From Flectonema sp. DT1601 (Eukaryota), in the NCBI GenBank assembly GCA_964019425.1, contig OZ025785.1, forward strand, positions 558,001 to 622,000: a DNA stretch of 64,000 bases, in the 5' to 3' direction. The notes beneath the pieces were generated by a model. That model saw only the letters and a program-made list of their open reading frames with translations. It was not told where the DNA came from and did no database searches. The translations under genes and the position numbers were made by a program. The stretch's first letter is position 1. Each line of letters opens with the position of its first letter. Below are positions 1 to 10,194 of the stretch, piece by piece.

Positions 1-2
1 TT

Positions 3-2112
3 GATGTCAGTTGGTACACAGGAATTTTAGAAACGTGGTTGAACTTACAATGGATCAATCCCGATGGCTTCAGTAAAGACAGATTGATGTTCATTCAGAT
101 AGGGTATTTCCAATCGACGGTGACAAGTCTCCCAAACAGATCCTGGGTCAACTTCAATAGTGACATAGTTCTACAGGTTCACCTTTCAGAAAAGGATGTA
201 CCAGTAAAGTCAACAGTAGTATTTAATCAAATTTCGAAAAACAGGACTCTCCTACCCGACAATATTTTAGTATTATCGAGCAGTCTGTTGTCAATCGACA
301 AATTCCCTGAAATAATTCCGATGGATTCGTTTTTTGTAGTTCAAAAAAATTCTTTATTCAACCAAACTGCTCAAAAAATTGGTCCAGCGAGAACTCTATT
401 CAGCCTACCATCTCCAACACTGTTTGACACAAGAGATGTGTCTATTTCAGATTGTAGCCACCCATTAGCCAGACCCTATTGCCTTAATGGTACAATATCT
501 CATTGTGTTACTTCTACCATTGATAATTGTATTGGAGTTAACTGTGCTCTAAGCAATGGTGAGTGTATTAATAACCTTCCTCCTTGTTGGTATCCAACTG
601 CGGAATCGTGTCTATCGCAGTCTGAAAAATGTCTTTGGAATAGAGATGATTCGCGTTGTGAAATCTTACAAACACCTAAACCTACCTTACCTCGCGTAGC
701 CACTTGGTCGTATGATTTAGTGAAGAGAGATGTTGAATGTCGTAGTGAAGATGAGAACATCGCCAAAAACAGAGTTAATCTTTACGCATGTGCTGATGCT
801 TGCTCTAATACTCCTGGCTGTGTTTTTTTTATTTTCGGAAAACAAGGAGCATCTGGAACAAAAACAGGCAATTGCTTTTGGGAAAAAACCGCTACTCGAT
901 ACTGCACAGAAGGCTTCGCTGTCGACAGCTACGATTTTTATGAATTGGATTTCAACATAAGGGAAGAACTCATTCAAACAAGCATAACCTCAGTCGTTAT
1001 GGTTATTGTTTGCGCTGTCGTATGTGTTATTGCATATTATATTCAAGGGTATTTTCGAGTGTTTCCATTGCGAAACTACATTGACGGCCTTCACGTATCA
1101 CTGATAAATTTCAGACTGTCGGGAGAATACGTTCTTGAAGGCAGATCTGGAAACCGCCTTATTGGAACATACAAGGGAGTAGATTATGTCTTCAAGCAAG
1201 CCAATGAACAAGACGCCGAAAGAAAGGAATTGTTTAATGAAATGGAAATGCTTCAAAGATTTAAAAATGAGAGTGTAGTTGAATTCTACGGATGGATGAG
1301 GCACTCAGGTCCTGTGTGGACGATGTTAACCGTGAACTATGGTCCTACTCTACACGAGTACCTAACTCTAAGCCCAAACCGTTCAGAAGAGATTAAAGAA
1401 CAAGTAATTTGTGAGCTTCTTTCCATTGCAACTTTTGTTCATGAGACTCTCCATCAGCAGTGCATGGCTCATATGAATTTAACTTCTGAATCAGTCATAG
1501 TCGGATCTGATAGAACCGAACGAATAAAACTTCGTCTCGGTGGATTTCAATGCTGTACTAAAACTCTCCTTCATCCGAGAAGGACTCGAGCAGACAACAT
1601 TCGCAGGAAGAATTTAAATATAAAATGGTGTTGTTTAGACACCCTTAACGAAGGACCAAGTGTTCCTGGCAATACGTATAATGATATTTGGTCATTTGGT
1701 TGTTTATTGTGTGAAGTTTGGACAGGAAAGGCTCCATTCCGACATGTGTCGGTAGATGACGGGGGAGAGTTTCAAGACATTCACTCGAAACTAACAAATA
1801 TAGTATGTTATTGTTTTTTTATGTTTCTGCAAAGAGGGATGGCGACTATGAGCCGACAGGAAGTCCTTCCTCCTTGACATTAAAAGATCAAAGCCATTCA
1901 CAAATAACAAAAAACAGCTATCCCAAGACAAACGTGACCCTGCACAGATGACAAATAATGAACTGAGTGAAGCCCTAAACAGTGCTGTCTTTGTTGCGAT
2001 CAATAGATGTTGGAATGAGAAAGATCATACGATGCAGGGGATCCGATACGATATCATTAGGCACCTTAATAGACCGCAGGCAGCTGTGAGCAGGTTCGTT
2101 CCTGTATTTTAA
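3..2112 (+). CDS. Receptor-like tyrosine-kinase-like pseudokinase (5'-partial; exons <3-1802, 1918-2112): Cys-rich/PAN-apple-like ectodomain, one TM helix, kinase fold
   Basis: Frame is open from the window edge. CADACSNTPGCVFF..NCFWE is an apple-like Cys pattern and SVVMVIVCAVVCVIAYYI a TM helix. Kinase motifs are YVFKQ, ELFNEMEML and NDIWSFGCLLCEVWTGKAPF. Removing the phase-0 intron GTATGT(1803)..AACAG(1917) adds AINRCW (subdomain XI) and a TAA at 2110-2112. Confidence 0.8.
1803..1917 (+). other. GT-AG intron
   Basis: GTATGT..AAAAAACAG; restores the kinase C-terminus. Confidence 0.8.
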
Positions 2113-2776
2113 CTTTATTATACAACCGCTGCTTCGACCATCGTTTCTTTAAGTTTTTGACAATTTTTTTTGACATTTGCCACTGTTGAGATAAAAAAAC
2201 ATTTTAATTTTGCAGCCAAAAAAAAATCTCTGACCCGGAATCGAACTGGAAAAAGAGAGGGGTTTGCAGTCGTGCCAGGCAATTGTGTCTTGAATGGAGT
2301 TGGTGAAGACTGCTCGGCCCTTTCGGGTGTGACCTCCCTAAAGATAATTTTTTTTTTTAATATTTTCCCTAAACTAATAATTTTTGGGGAAAATATCCTA
2401 ATTCCACAAAAAAGTTAGCGAGGTAATCGGACATCCATCTACAGGTAATACCCTGACATCGACCTGAATAGATTTTTCGCATTCAGGTCGGATCTCAGCG
2501 AGCTGTCAAATGCTGCGTTTTGAACAGAAGTACTCTCCCCAGGAAGAACAGGCGCAGTAGAGTTGATACTGCGATCGTGGTGACGGCAATGCGAAACATG
2601 TAAGCGTACCCACTTAGGCAACTCTTCATCTCGGCGAGGAAATTGACTAGAAGGTAATCTGGTCTATTAGGTTTAAATATATTATTCATTTTACAGCAGG
2701 TATCGGTTTAGTTATTTGGGCAACTGTTATTGAAGTAGTATTATTTTATATTTATTATCAGTGTGTCATTCATGTC

Positions 2777-5059
2777 ATGGTGGGGAGGGAGACATCACCA
2801 ATTAGACTTCGAAGGCGATGGGAGGAGAGGACAGATGGTCTCGAAATGACGAGGGATCGGGAATGGGGAAAATCACTCAAAGCACTACGATCACCATCCC
2901 CACCACGTAATTATATTCAAAAGGAAATAACAGTTCGAAGGGAGAGAGCGACTGAAAGGTTAGGATTAGCTTTCAATGATGCAATGCAAGAAACAAGAAT
3001 AACAGAAGTATGGAATGGACCATGTAAAGATGCTGGTGTCGCTGCTGGGATGGTAATAGTAGCAGTTGACAACCAAGGGACTCAAACTTTAAGTTTACTA
3101 CAGCGATATCTTTCAGAAGCAGGATTGGTATTTACACTTAGTGTCGAAGAACAGTATCACAACAACAGTCCTGTTAATTCACAACCTGTAACTCCAACAG
3201 CTGGAGGAGGCAGGAGTATTGCTAGCTATCCTCCCCCGACTAGTATTAAATTACCAATTCCAACATCAACACCAATCACTTCAACACCACTTCAAGTAGA
3301 GTCGTCATTAGTCACAACAATCGCCTTAGCACCTCATGATGAAGTCATTCAACTGAGACTTCAATTGGAAGCTGCGAACTTACAAATTCGATCAACTCAG
3401 TCTCGACTTCAGTCACAAAGTGATCTTGAATTAGAAAGAAATGAAGAACTTGTTTTCGAAAGAGAAAAAAGACAAAAACTAAACACGGAACTCATCTTAG
3501 AGAGAACCGGAAAGAATGAAGCAGAAGAAGAAGTTAGAGTACTTCGAGAACACTTAAAGATATCGAGAGATAAACAAACTGCTAAGACAGCTGATGAAAG
3601 ACATGATAACATCAGAAGAAGTCAATTAGAAGAGGAAATAATAATTTTAAGAAATGAATTACAATCTCTAAAACAACTTTTGTTTCATCAGTCGAGCGGA
3701 AATAGAGAACGAGAACTCCTACTGCAATGCTTCGATGATGAACGGACTGAATGGAATTTTCACAGACAGGAATTAGAGTCACAACTATCGAATGCTTTGG
3801 AAAAGTGTGAATCAATGAAGCATTTAAAAACTGAGGTCGAGGCACTGACTGCTGCGATGCAATCACCTGCACCAATGTACAGCTCAAGAGACACCGCACC
3901 TGTTATGAGTGACATCACTTATGCTCCTTTGAGTAGTAGAGCTGAGTACCCTGGATCTGTTTCATCAGTTGCCTATGATGAATATAACCCAATTAGTGTT
4001 CCAAAGTCATACGGTGGTAGCAGTTTATTATTGTCTGAAAGGCTGCGTGCTGCTGGAGAAGGTACGAGTAACAAAGAATCGATTTCACCACAGAAGCCTC
4101 GCAGCGTTACTGATAATTATACCTACACGAATGATAGAAGAAGTAAGAGAAGCGATACCAATGAGAAGCCTAAAGTTCCTTCGGATCTTGATGATCGTTT
4201 AGAGCAGATTGCTTCTCGTGCCAGAGACGCAATAGCAGCAGCAGAACAGAGAGCAGCAACAGCTGAACAAAAGGCATCTGGTTTGAAAAATAAATTGGAT
4301 CGCTTTGAGAAGGACGGTCGAGCTGACACCTTTGCCAAAGACAAACTCCGTGAAAATGAAAACAGATCTCTCAGAAAAGCTCAACAAAAACTTGGAAAAG
4401 ACCAACACCAACTCGATAAGGAACGGAAGGAAATTGCTGCAAAGGATCAAAGCAGAAGGGATCTCGAAGAAAAAATGCGTCAAGACCAGCAACGATTGGA
4501 ACGAGAACGCAATGAGCAAGAAAAACGCTGGCAAGATGCGGAACGGAAAGCTCATGACCTTGAAAAAAGAATAGCATCTGCATCTGCTGCTGTTACGGCA
4601 TCAACTAGATCTCCATCTCCACAGGCGTTTGAGGACACTGCTGACTTGAAGAAACGAGCAGCGGCTGTGTTTAAAGCAATGTGTGCAAAGGCTGGAAGAA
4701 GTGACACTAAAAGCCTTCCAAAAACAGGAATACCAGAAGTTCTAAACTGCGGTGATAGTTGGAAAGTATTATTCAGAGGTCTTCAATCAGCTGAAGGAAT
4801 AGTCACAACAGATTTATGGGTCGACTGGATAATGAAATTAGCATCTGAATCTGGGGCTGCGGAATCAGAGTCTAGACTAGAATGGGTTGAGGAACAACTT
4901 ACAAAATCCAGAACACCATCTCCAATGAGCACCTCTTCTTTCCGCGGCCAAACTACCCGGGAACTCGCAGCTGAAGCTAAAGTTGTTGATCGACTGAACG
5001 TCCAAAAACCAACAAACAAGTATGCAGATTGGGGTTACAAACCGAGTACTTCTATGTAA
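2777..5059 (+). CDS. PDZ-like domain plus long coiled-coil protein (760 aa)
   Basis: ERLGLAF..RITEV..GPCKDAGVAAGMVIVAVD is PDZ-like; extensive E/K/R/Q heptad-rich regions follow. Confidence 0.75.
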   Translation: MVGRETSPIRLRRRWEERTDGLEMTRDREWGKSLKALRSPSPPRNYIQKEITVRRERATERLGLAFNDAMQETRITEVWNGPCKDAGVAAGMVIVAVDNQGTQTLSLLQRYLSEAGLVFTLSVEEQYHNNSPVNSQPVTPTAGGGRSIASYPPPTSIKLPIPTSTPITSTPLQVESSLVTTIALAPHDEVIQLRLQLEAANLQIRSTQSRLQSQSDLELERNEELVFEREKRQKLNTELILERTGKNEAEEEVRVLREHLKISRDKQTAKTADERHDNIRRSQLEEEIIILRNELQSLKQLLFHQSSGNRERELLLQCFDDERTEWNFHRQELESQLSNALEKCESMKHLKTEVEALTAAMQSPAPMYSSRDTAPVMSDITYAPLSSRAEYPGSVSSVAYDEYNPISVPKSYGGSSLLLSERLRAAGEGTSNKESISPQKPRSVTDNYTYTNDRRSKRSDTNEKPKVPSDLDDRLEQIASRARDAIAAAEQRAATAEQKASGLKNKLDRFEKDGRADTFAKDKLRENENRSLRKAQQKLGKDQHQLDKERKEIAAKDQSRRDLEEKMRQDQQRLERERNEQEKRWQDAERKAHDLEKRIASASAAVTASTRSPSPQAFEDTADLKKRAAAVFKAMCAKAGRSDTKSLPKTGIPEVLNCGDSWKVLFRGLQSAEGIVTTDLWVDWIMKLASESGAAESESRLEWVEEQLTKSRTPSPMSTSSFRGQTTRELAAEAKVVDRLNVQKPTNKYADWGYKPSTSM

Positions 5060-5775
5060 ATTTCCCATATTTTGTGAATTTTATTCAAGTTCGAATCTCG
5101 GTCATACCATTTTTCCCCCACTTTTTTTTTTTTTTTACCCCTATTTTTTGTATCTTCGTTTCTAATTTGTGGCATTCCAACGGCTGTTAGATTTCATCTG
5201 CCTACATTTGGTATTGATGTGAAAAGGGAAGAATTTTTTTTTTTAGTTTTTTTTTATTTTTGTTCGATTAGATGATCTTGTCCTTTCTTATTCTCCCGAT
5301 TGTTTGTCTTCCCCTTTACAATCCCTTTTGACATGTACTTAAGGGTACTTTTTATCTTTTAGTTGCGAAGTGCGACTGCGGTTATTGTATCTATTTTTTT
5401 TCCTTCCCCTTCTTCTTTTTTTTATTATTTTTCCTTCACTCCCCTTCCGCGTATGAATAAAAGTATAAAATAAATTATTTTTATTTTTTGTTTTCTCATG
5501 TTTTACGATTGACGGTAACTCTGGTCTCTGTGAGTGTCACTAGTCGGTATCGCAATAATACTTTTAATTTTTTTCATTTACATCAAAGGACACATGGATG
5601 ACACTCAACAAGCAGGTGTAATCTTTAAGGCTTTGTTTGATCCAGCGATTTGGAGAGGAGAACGAGCAGGTAGCTGGGCAGTTGGCGGTGTTAACGTTTC
5701 GAAAACACGAACATATCACAAGAAGAAACCAATTACGTTTACGTCAACGGACAGTGCAGCAGCAGAGGTTGGAGG

Positions 5776-6114
5776 ATGGAGGTATTTCAAGTAGGTTTAG
5801 TTTGTTTGATATCTGTTTTATATATTACCTATCAATCTACATCGTTTACTCCATCATTGCTAACCCTTTTATATTTCGTAACCGTCTTCGCGGCGAGGAT
5901 CACGAAATCAATTGAAGGTGTCATAGATGCCGTTATAATTGCCTCAGCAAATGCATTGACTCTTTCTCTGTTGTCAAATATCGCTGAGGAGAATTTTTTT
6001 CATATAATCGTGCCTCCGTACTTTCACATTGTTTTGGGGATCCCGAATTTAATTATAATATTCTTTGCGTTGTATAGAAAGCAATGTGAGCAATCTGTTC
6101 TGTTTCGACGGTGA
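5776..6114 (+). CDS. Possible small hydrophobic membrane protein
   Basis: 112-aa ATG ORF with several hydrophobic stretches on the cluster strand; overlaps competing short ORFs and has no recognisable family. Confidence 0.3.
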   Translation: MEVFQVGLVCLISVLYITYQSTSFTPSLLTLLYFVTVFAARITKSIEGVIDAVIIASANALTLSLLSNIAEENFFHIIVPPYFHIVLGIPNLIIIFFALYRKQCEQSVLFRR

Positions 6115-6340
6115 TTTTCTTTTTTTTTCTCTTTTTTTTTTTCGATTTACACGCACTTCTGTGTTTTAACGATATCCTCCCCCCCCTTTAATTTTATTGT
6201 TGTCGCTCGTTGTTGACATAAGTCGGGACTTCACTTTCTTGTGATTGTTTTCCTTCTTCAGGTAATTTAACATCTAAATGATGGTGAGCTTTGACTTATT
6301 TATATAATCGTTACCTCCCAACAGTTTTATTCAAAAATAA

Positions 6341-9300
6341 ATGTTGCGGATTGCTGTCGCTTCATCAGCAGTAGCTGTCGCTTTGGGATGCTTCCCAACT
6401 TGCGATGATGACTGCAACAGATTATCACCTCCACAACTTGGTGAGGTGACTAGACTGAGGAAACTTAAGGAGAAGTGTACTTCTGGAGAGGAAGTTGTGT
6501 TCAACGTTGACTACAATCCTTGTACTCATAATTTAGATTATAAAGTACGAACACCAGACAATTGTGAACAGAGACAGGGAAATGTGTTTACATGCAAGAA
6601 CAATAAGAGGTGTAAAGTTATCCCATTCCTTACTGAATTAAAGTTCTGTGACTGTCCATCAACTGAACAATGCACTAAGAAGTGTCGAAAGGGAAAGGTC
6701 TGCGAACGCGTAGTACACCCTTGTCTCACACCACCTTGTCCGTCTACTGAAAAGTGTGTCAAGAAACGGCACTGTACGAGGGATGCGAAGCAGTGTCAAG
6801 ATGGCTCCTTCGTTGGGAGAGATGCCGACAACAACTGTGAGTTCCACCCTTGCCCTGATCCATGTGATGGAGCTTGTAAGTTCAATCAGGACTGCTTGTT
6901 GAAGAATGTAATTACGTGCCCTGAGGGAATGGTTTGCCCTCCGACTGTTGTTTGCGTTGACAAGCCTTGCAACAGGAGGTGTCCAAAGGGTGACGTTTGC
7001 GAGCTCATGGTTGCTCCGTGTCTGATTCCACCATGTCCAGTAGTTGAGACGTGTAAACCACTTTCACCTCCAACTACTCCAACCAACCCATGCGGTAGTA
7101 AATGTGGAGCTGAAGAGATATGTTACATGAGGGATACTATCTGTAATACTTTTAGTTGTCATCCAGTCCCAACATGTATTACTAACCACTGTATGTTTAG
7201 CAAGTGTGAATATGGTAACGATTGCGTCATCACAGACCACGGAGATTCATCGACCTGCAAGCCTTGGTCTGAGATTGGATGTTTTGACAAGCCGTGCAAG
7301 GCAGGATACACTTGTGTTGATGTTAAGAGAGTCTGCAAGACTGCCCCATGTTATCAATATGAGTGTAGTTGGGAAGCTCCAGTTCACTGTACGAAGGATG
7401 CGAAGCAATGTCAAGATGGCTCCTTCGTTGGAAGAGATTCCAACAACAACTGTGAGTTCCACCCTTGCCCTGATCCATGTGATGGAGCTTGTAAGTTCAA
7501 TCAGGACTGCTTGTTGAAGAACGTAATCACGTGTCCTGAGGGAATGGTGTGCCCTCCAACTGTTGTTTGCGTTGACAAGCCTTGCAACAAGAAGTGTCCA
7601 AAGGGTGACGTTTGCGAGCTCATGGTTACTCCGTGTCTGATTCCACCATGTCCAGTAGTTGAGACTTGTAAAACTGTTGTTCAGCCAAAGTGTGACAAGA
7701 AGTGCCCAAAGGGTGAAGAATGTGAATTAATTGACACCCCTTGTCCATTCCCTCCATGCTCAAAGGCTGAGATCTGTTCACCAATTGGATGTGGTGATGA
7801 TCTAAAAGACTGTTCAGATGGAAGTAGTGTTGAGAGAGATCCAAAGAACGGTTGTCAGTTCTTCCCGTGTCCTGTTGATGGTGAATGTGAAGATGAAGAT
7901 GATTGTGAAGGCTGGAATTTCTGTATTGAGGGTAAGTGTGTTGATGCATTTGAGGGAACTTGTAATTCCGTTAAAGACTGTAACGGTTACGGATGCTACT
8001 ACAACGACAACAAGGAACCAACTTGTCGTACCACCTGCATGGGAGAACCAACCTGGTTGTGTGACAAGAACCACCTCTGTTTGGGAGATGAGTGTGTTGA
8101 TATGAAGCAGTGTAAGACTAACTGTGGAAACCTTGTTCCTCATTTATTTAAAGGAAATGACGACGGAGACAACAGTTGTAATGAATGCACCTGCTTCAAT
8201 GGTGACTACAGCTGTACTGAGAGAGGTTGCACCGGTGATGAGACTTGTGGGGGACCTTCACCACCAACTACTCCAACCAACCCATGCGGTAGTAAATGTG
8301 GAGCTGAAGAGATATGTTACATGAGGGATACTATCTGTAATACTTTTAGTTGTCATCCAGTCCCAACATGTATTACTAACCACTGTATGTTTAGCAAGTG
8401 TGGATATGGTAACGATTGCGTCATCACAGACCACGGAGATTCATCGACCTGCAAGCCTTGGTCTGAGATTGGATGTTTTGACAAGCCGTGCAAGGCAGGA
8501 TACACTTGTGTTGATGTAAAGAGAGTCTGCAAGACTGCCCCTTGTTATCAATATGAGTGTAGTTGGGAAGCTCCAGTTCACTGTACGAAGGATGCGAAGC
8601 AGTGTCAAGATGGCTCCTTCGTTGGAAGAGATTCCAACAACAACTGTGAGTTCCACCCTTGCCCTGATCCATGTGATGGAGCTTGTAAGTTCAATCAGGA
8701 CTGCTTGTTGAAGAATGTAATCACGTGTCCTGAGGGAATGGTGTGCCCTCCGACTGTTGTTTGCGTTGATAAGCCTTGCAACAAGAAGTGTCCAGCTGGA
8801 GATGTATGCGAACACATGGTTGCTCCGTGTCTGATTCCACCATGCCCAGTGATCGAGACGTGTAAACCACTTTCACCTCCAACTACTCCAACCAACCCAT
8901 GCGGTAGTAAATGTGGAGCTGAAGAGAGATGTTACATGAGGGATGTTATCTGTAATACTTTTAGTTGTCATCCAGTCCCAACATGTATTACTAACCACTG
9001 TATGTTTAGCAAGTGTGGATATGGTAACGATTGCGTCATCACAGACCACGGAGATTCATCGACCTGCAAGCCTTGGTCTGAGATTGGATGTTTTGACAAG
9101 CCGTGCAAGGCAGGATACACTTGTGTTGATGTTAAGAGAGTCTGCAAGACTGCCCCTTGTTATCAATATGAGTGTAGTTGGGAAGCTCCAGTTCACTGTA
9201 CGGCCGATGCGAAGCAGTGTCAAGATGGCTCCTTCGTTGGAAGAGATTCCAACAACAACTGTGAGTTTCACCCTTGCCCTGATCCATGTGATGGAGCTTG

Positions 9301-9499
9301 TAAGTTCAATCAGGACTGCTTGTTGAAGAACGTAATTACGTGTCCTGAGGGAATGGTGTGCCCTCCGACTGTTATTTGCGTTGACAAGCCTTGCAACAGG
9401 AAGTGTCCAAAGGGTGACGTTTGCGAGCTCATGGTTACTCCGTGTCTGATTCCACCATGTCCAGTAGTTGAGACTTGTAAAACTGTTGTTCAGCCATAG
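6341..9499 (+). CDS. Modular cysteine-rich secreted protein (1052 aa), paralog 1
   Basis: Signal-like N-terminus MLRIAVASSAVAVALG. Repeated CTxDAKxCxDGSxVGRDxxNNCEFxPCP and CxxGxxCxxxxxxCxxPPCP modules, plus a pacifastin-like CNECTCFNGDYSCTERGC. The first ~105 codons are near-identical to 27969 and 33315. Confidence 0.85.
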   Translation: MLRIAVASSAVAVALGCFPTCDDDCNRLSPPQLGEVTRLRKLKEKCTSGEEVVFNVDYNPCTHNLDYKVRTPDNCEQRQGNVFTCKNNKRCKVIPFLTELKFCDCPSTEQCTKKCRKGKVCERVVHPCLTPPCPSTEKCVKKRHCTRDAKQCQDGSFVGRDADNNCEFHPCPDPCDGACKFNQDCLLKNVITCPEGMVCPPTVVCVDKPCNRRCPKGDVCELMVAPCLIPPCPVVETCKPLSPPTTPTNPCGSKCGAEEICYMRDTICNTFSCHPVPTCITNHCMFSKCEYGNDCVITDHGDSSTCKPWSEIGCFDKPCKAGYTCVDVKRVCKTAPCYQYECSWEAPVHCTKDAKQCQDGSFVGRDSNNNCEFHPCPDPCDGACKFNQDCLLKNVITCPEGMVCPPTVVCVDKPCNKKCPKGDVCELMVTPCLIPPCPVVETCKTVVQPKCDKKCPKGEECELIDTPCPFPPCSKAEICSPIGCGDDLKDCSDGSSVERDPKNGCQFFPCPVDGECEDEDDCEGWNFCIEGKCVDAFEGTCNSVKDCNGYGCYYNDNKEPTCRTTCMGEPTWLCDKNHLCLGDECVDMKQCKTNCGNLVPHLFKGNDDGDNSCNECTCFNGDYSCTERGCTGDETCGGPSPPTTPTNPCGSKCGAEEICYMRDTICNTFSCHPVPTCITNHCMFSKCGYGNDCVITDHGDSSTCKPWSEIGCFDKPCKAGYTCVDVKRVCKTAPCYQYECSWEAPVHCTKDAKQCQDGSFVGRDSNNNCEFHPCPDPCDGACKFNQDCLLKNVITCPEGMVCPPTVVCVDKPCNKKCPAGDVCEHMVAPCLIPPCPVIETCKPLSPPTTPTNPCGSKCGAEERCYMRDVICNTFSCHPVPTCITNHCMFSKCGYGNDCVITDHGDSSTCKPWSEIGCFDKPCKAGYTCVDVKRVCKTAPCYQYECSWEAPVHCTADAKQCQDGSFVGRDSNNNCEFHPCPDPCDGACKFNQDCLLKNVITCPEGMVCPPTVICVDKPCNRKCPKGDVCELMVTPCLIPPCPVVETCKTVVQP
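7062..9485 (+). repeat. Three copies of a ~615-bp (205-aa) coding super-repeat (~7062-7675, ~8258-8870, ~8871-9485)
   Basis: CCCATGCGGTAGTAAATGTGG recurs at 7087, 8281 and 8896, each followed by near-identical sequence. Confidence 0.9.
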
Positions 9500-10194
9500 A
9501 GACAAGAAGTTTCCAAAAAGTGAGGTTTGCGAGATTGATGTTACTCCGTGTTCCGCTATTCGGAGGAACCAACTTGCATGCCTAAGTAAATTATGTCAAC
9601 GAAATATCTATATTTTTTTTTCATTCATTTTTTTCATTCTTTCTCTTCCATTTGTAATTTCATTTGAATAACAGTTTGTAACTGATATTAACTACACCTT
9701 TCTGTTGTAAAGGTTTGGTGACTTGAAGTTTTATAAAACTGATTCCCAATTCACAAGTCAGTATCTCCATGGAGAAACGCGGCATCGATCCGTGCTGACA
9801 TCATTTCAGCTATTTGATAATATCTTTAGCTGAAAGTATGAAAAAAAAACTTTTTATTATTTTTTTCTTCTTCTTTCAATTTTTATTTTTAAACAGTGTG
9901 AGCCATGTGATACCTAATAACTCTTTTTTGTGTCGAAATTCACTAGTTTTCTCATTTTGGATTATTGAAATCTTTTTGCTGTCTTAAATGCGTCAGTTGT
10001 ACGAACAACAGTGACGCCACACGTATTATTTTAAAATTATGTGTTTTAAACTGCATTATGGAAAAAAAAAAAATAGTCTTTTTCTTTTGTTTCCTCTCTC
10101 TGTTTTTGAAATCGGTCGTAGCTTTTTTTTTTTGTTTCAAGTGGACTTCTTTGCTTAAAAAAAAATTCTTCATTTTCAGAGTTTTGGTGGAATT

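Noticed and set aside
2578..2605. Minus-strand ATGTTTCGCATTGCCGTC (MFRIAV) resembling the start of the Cys-rich genes
   Set aside because: Only ~18 nt with mismatches and no similarity beyond it; compatible with chance.
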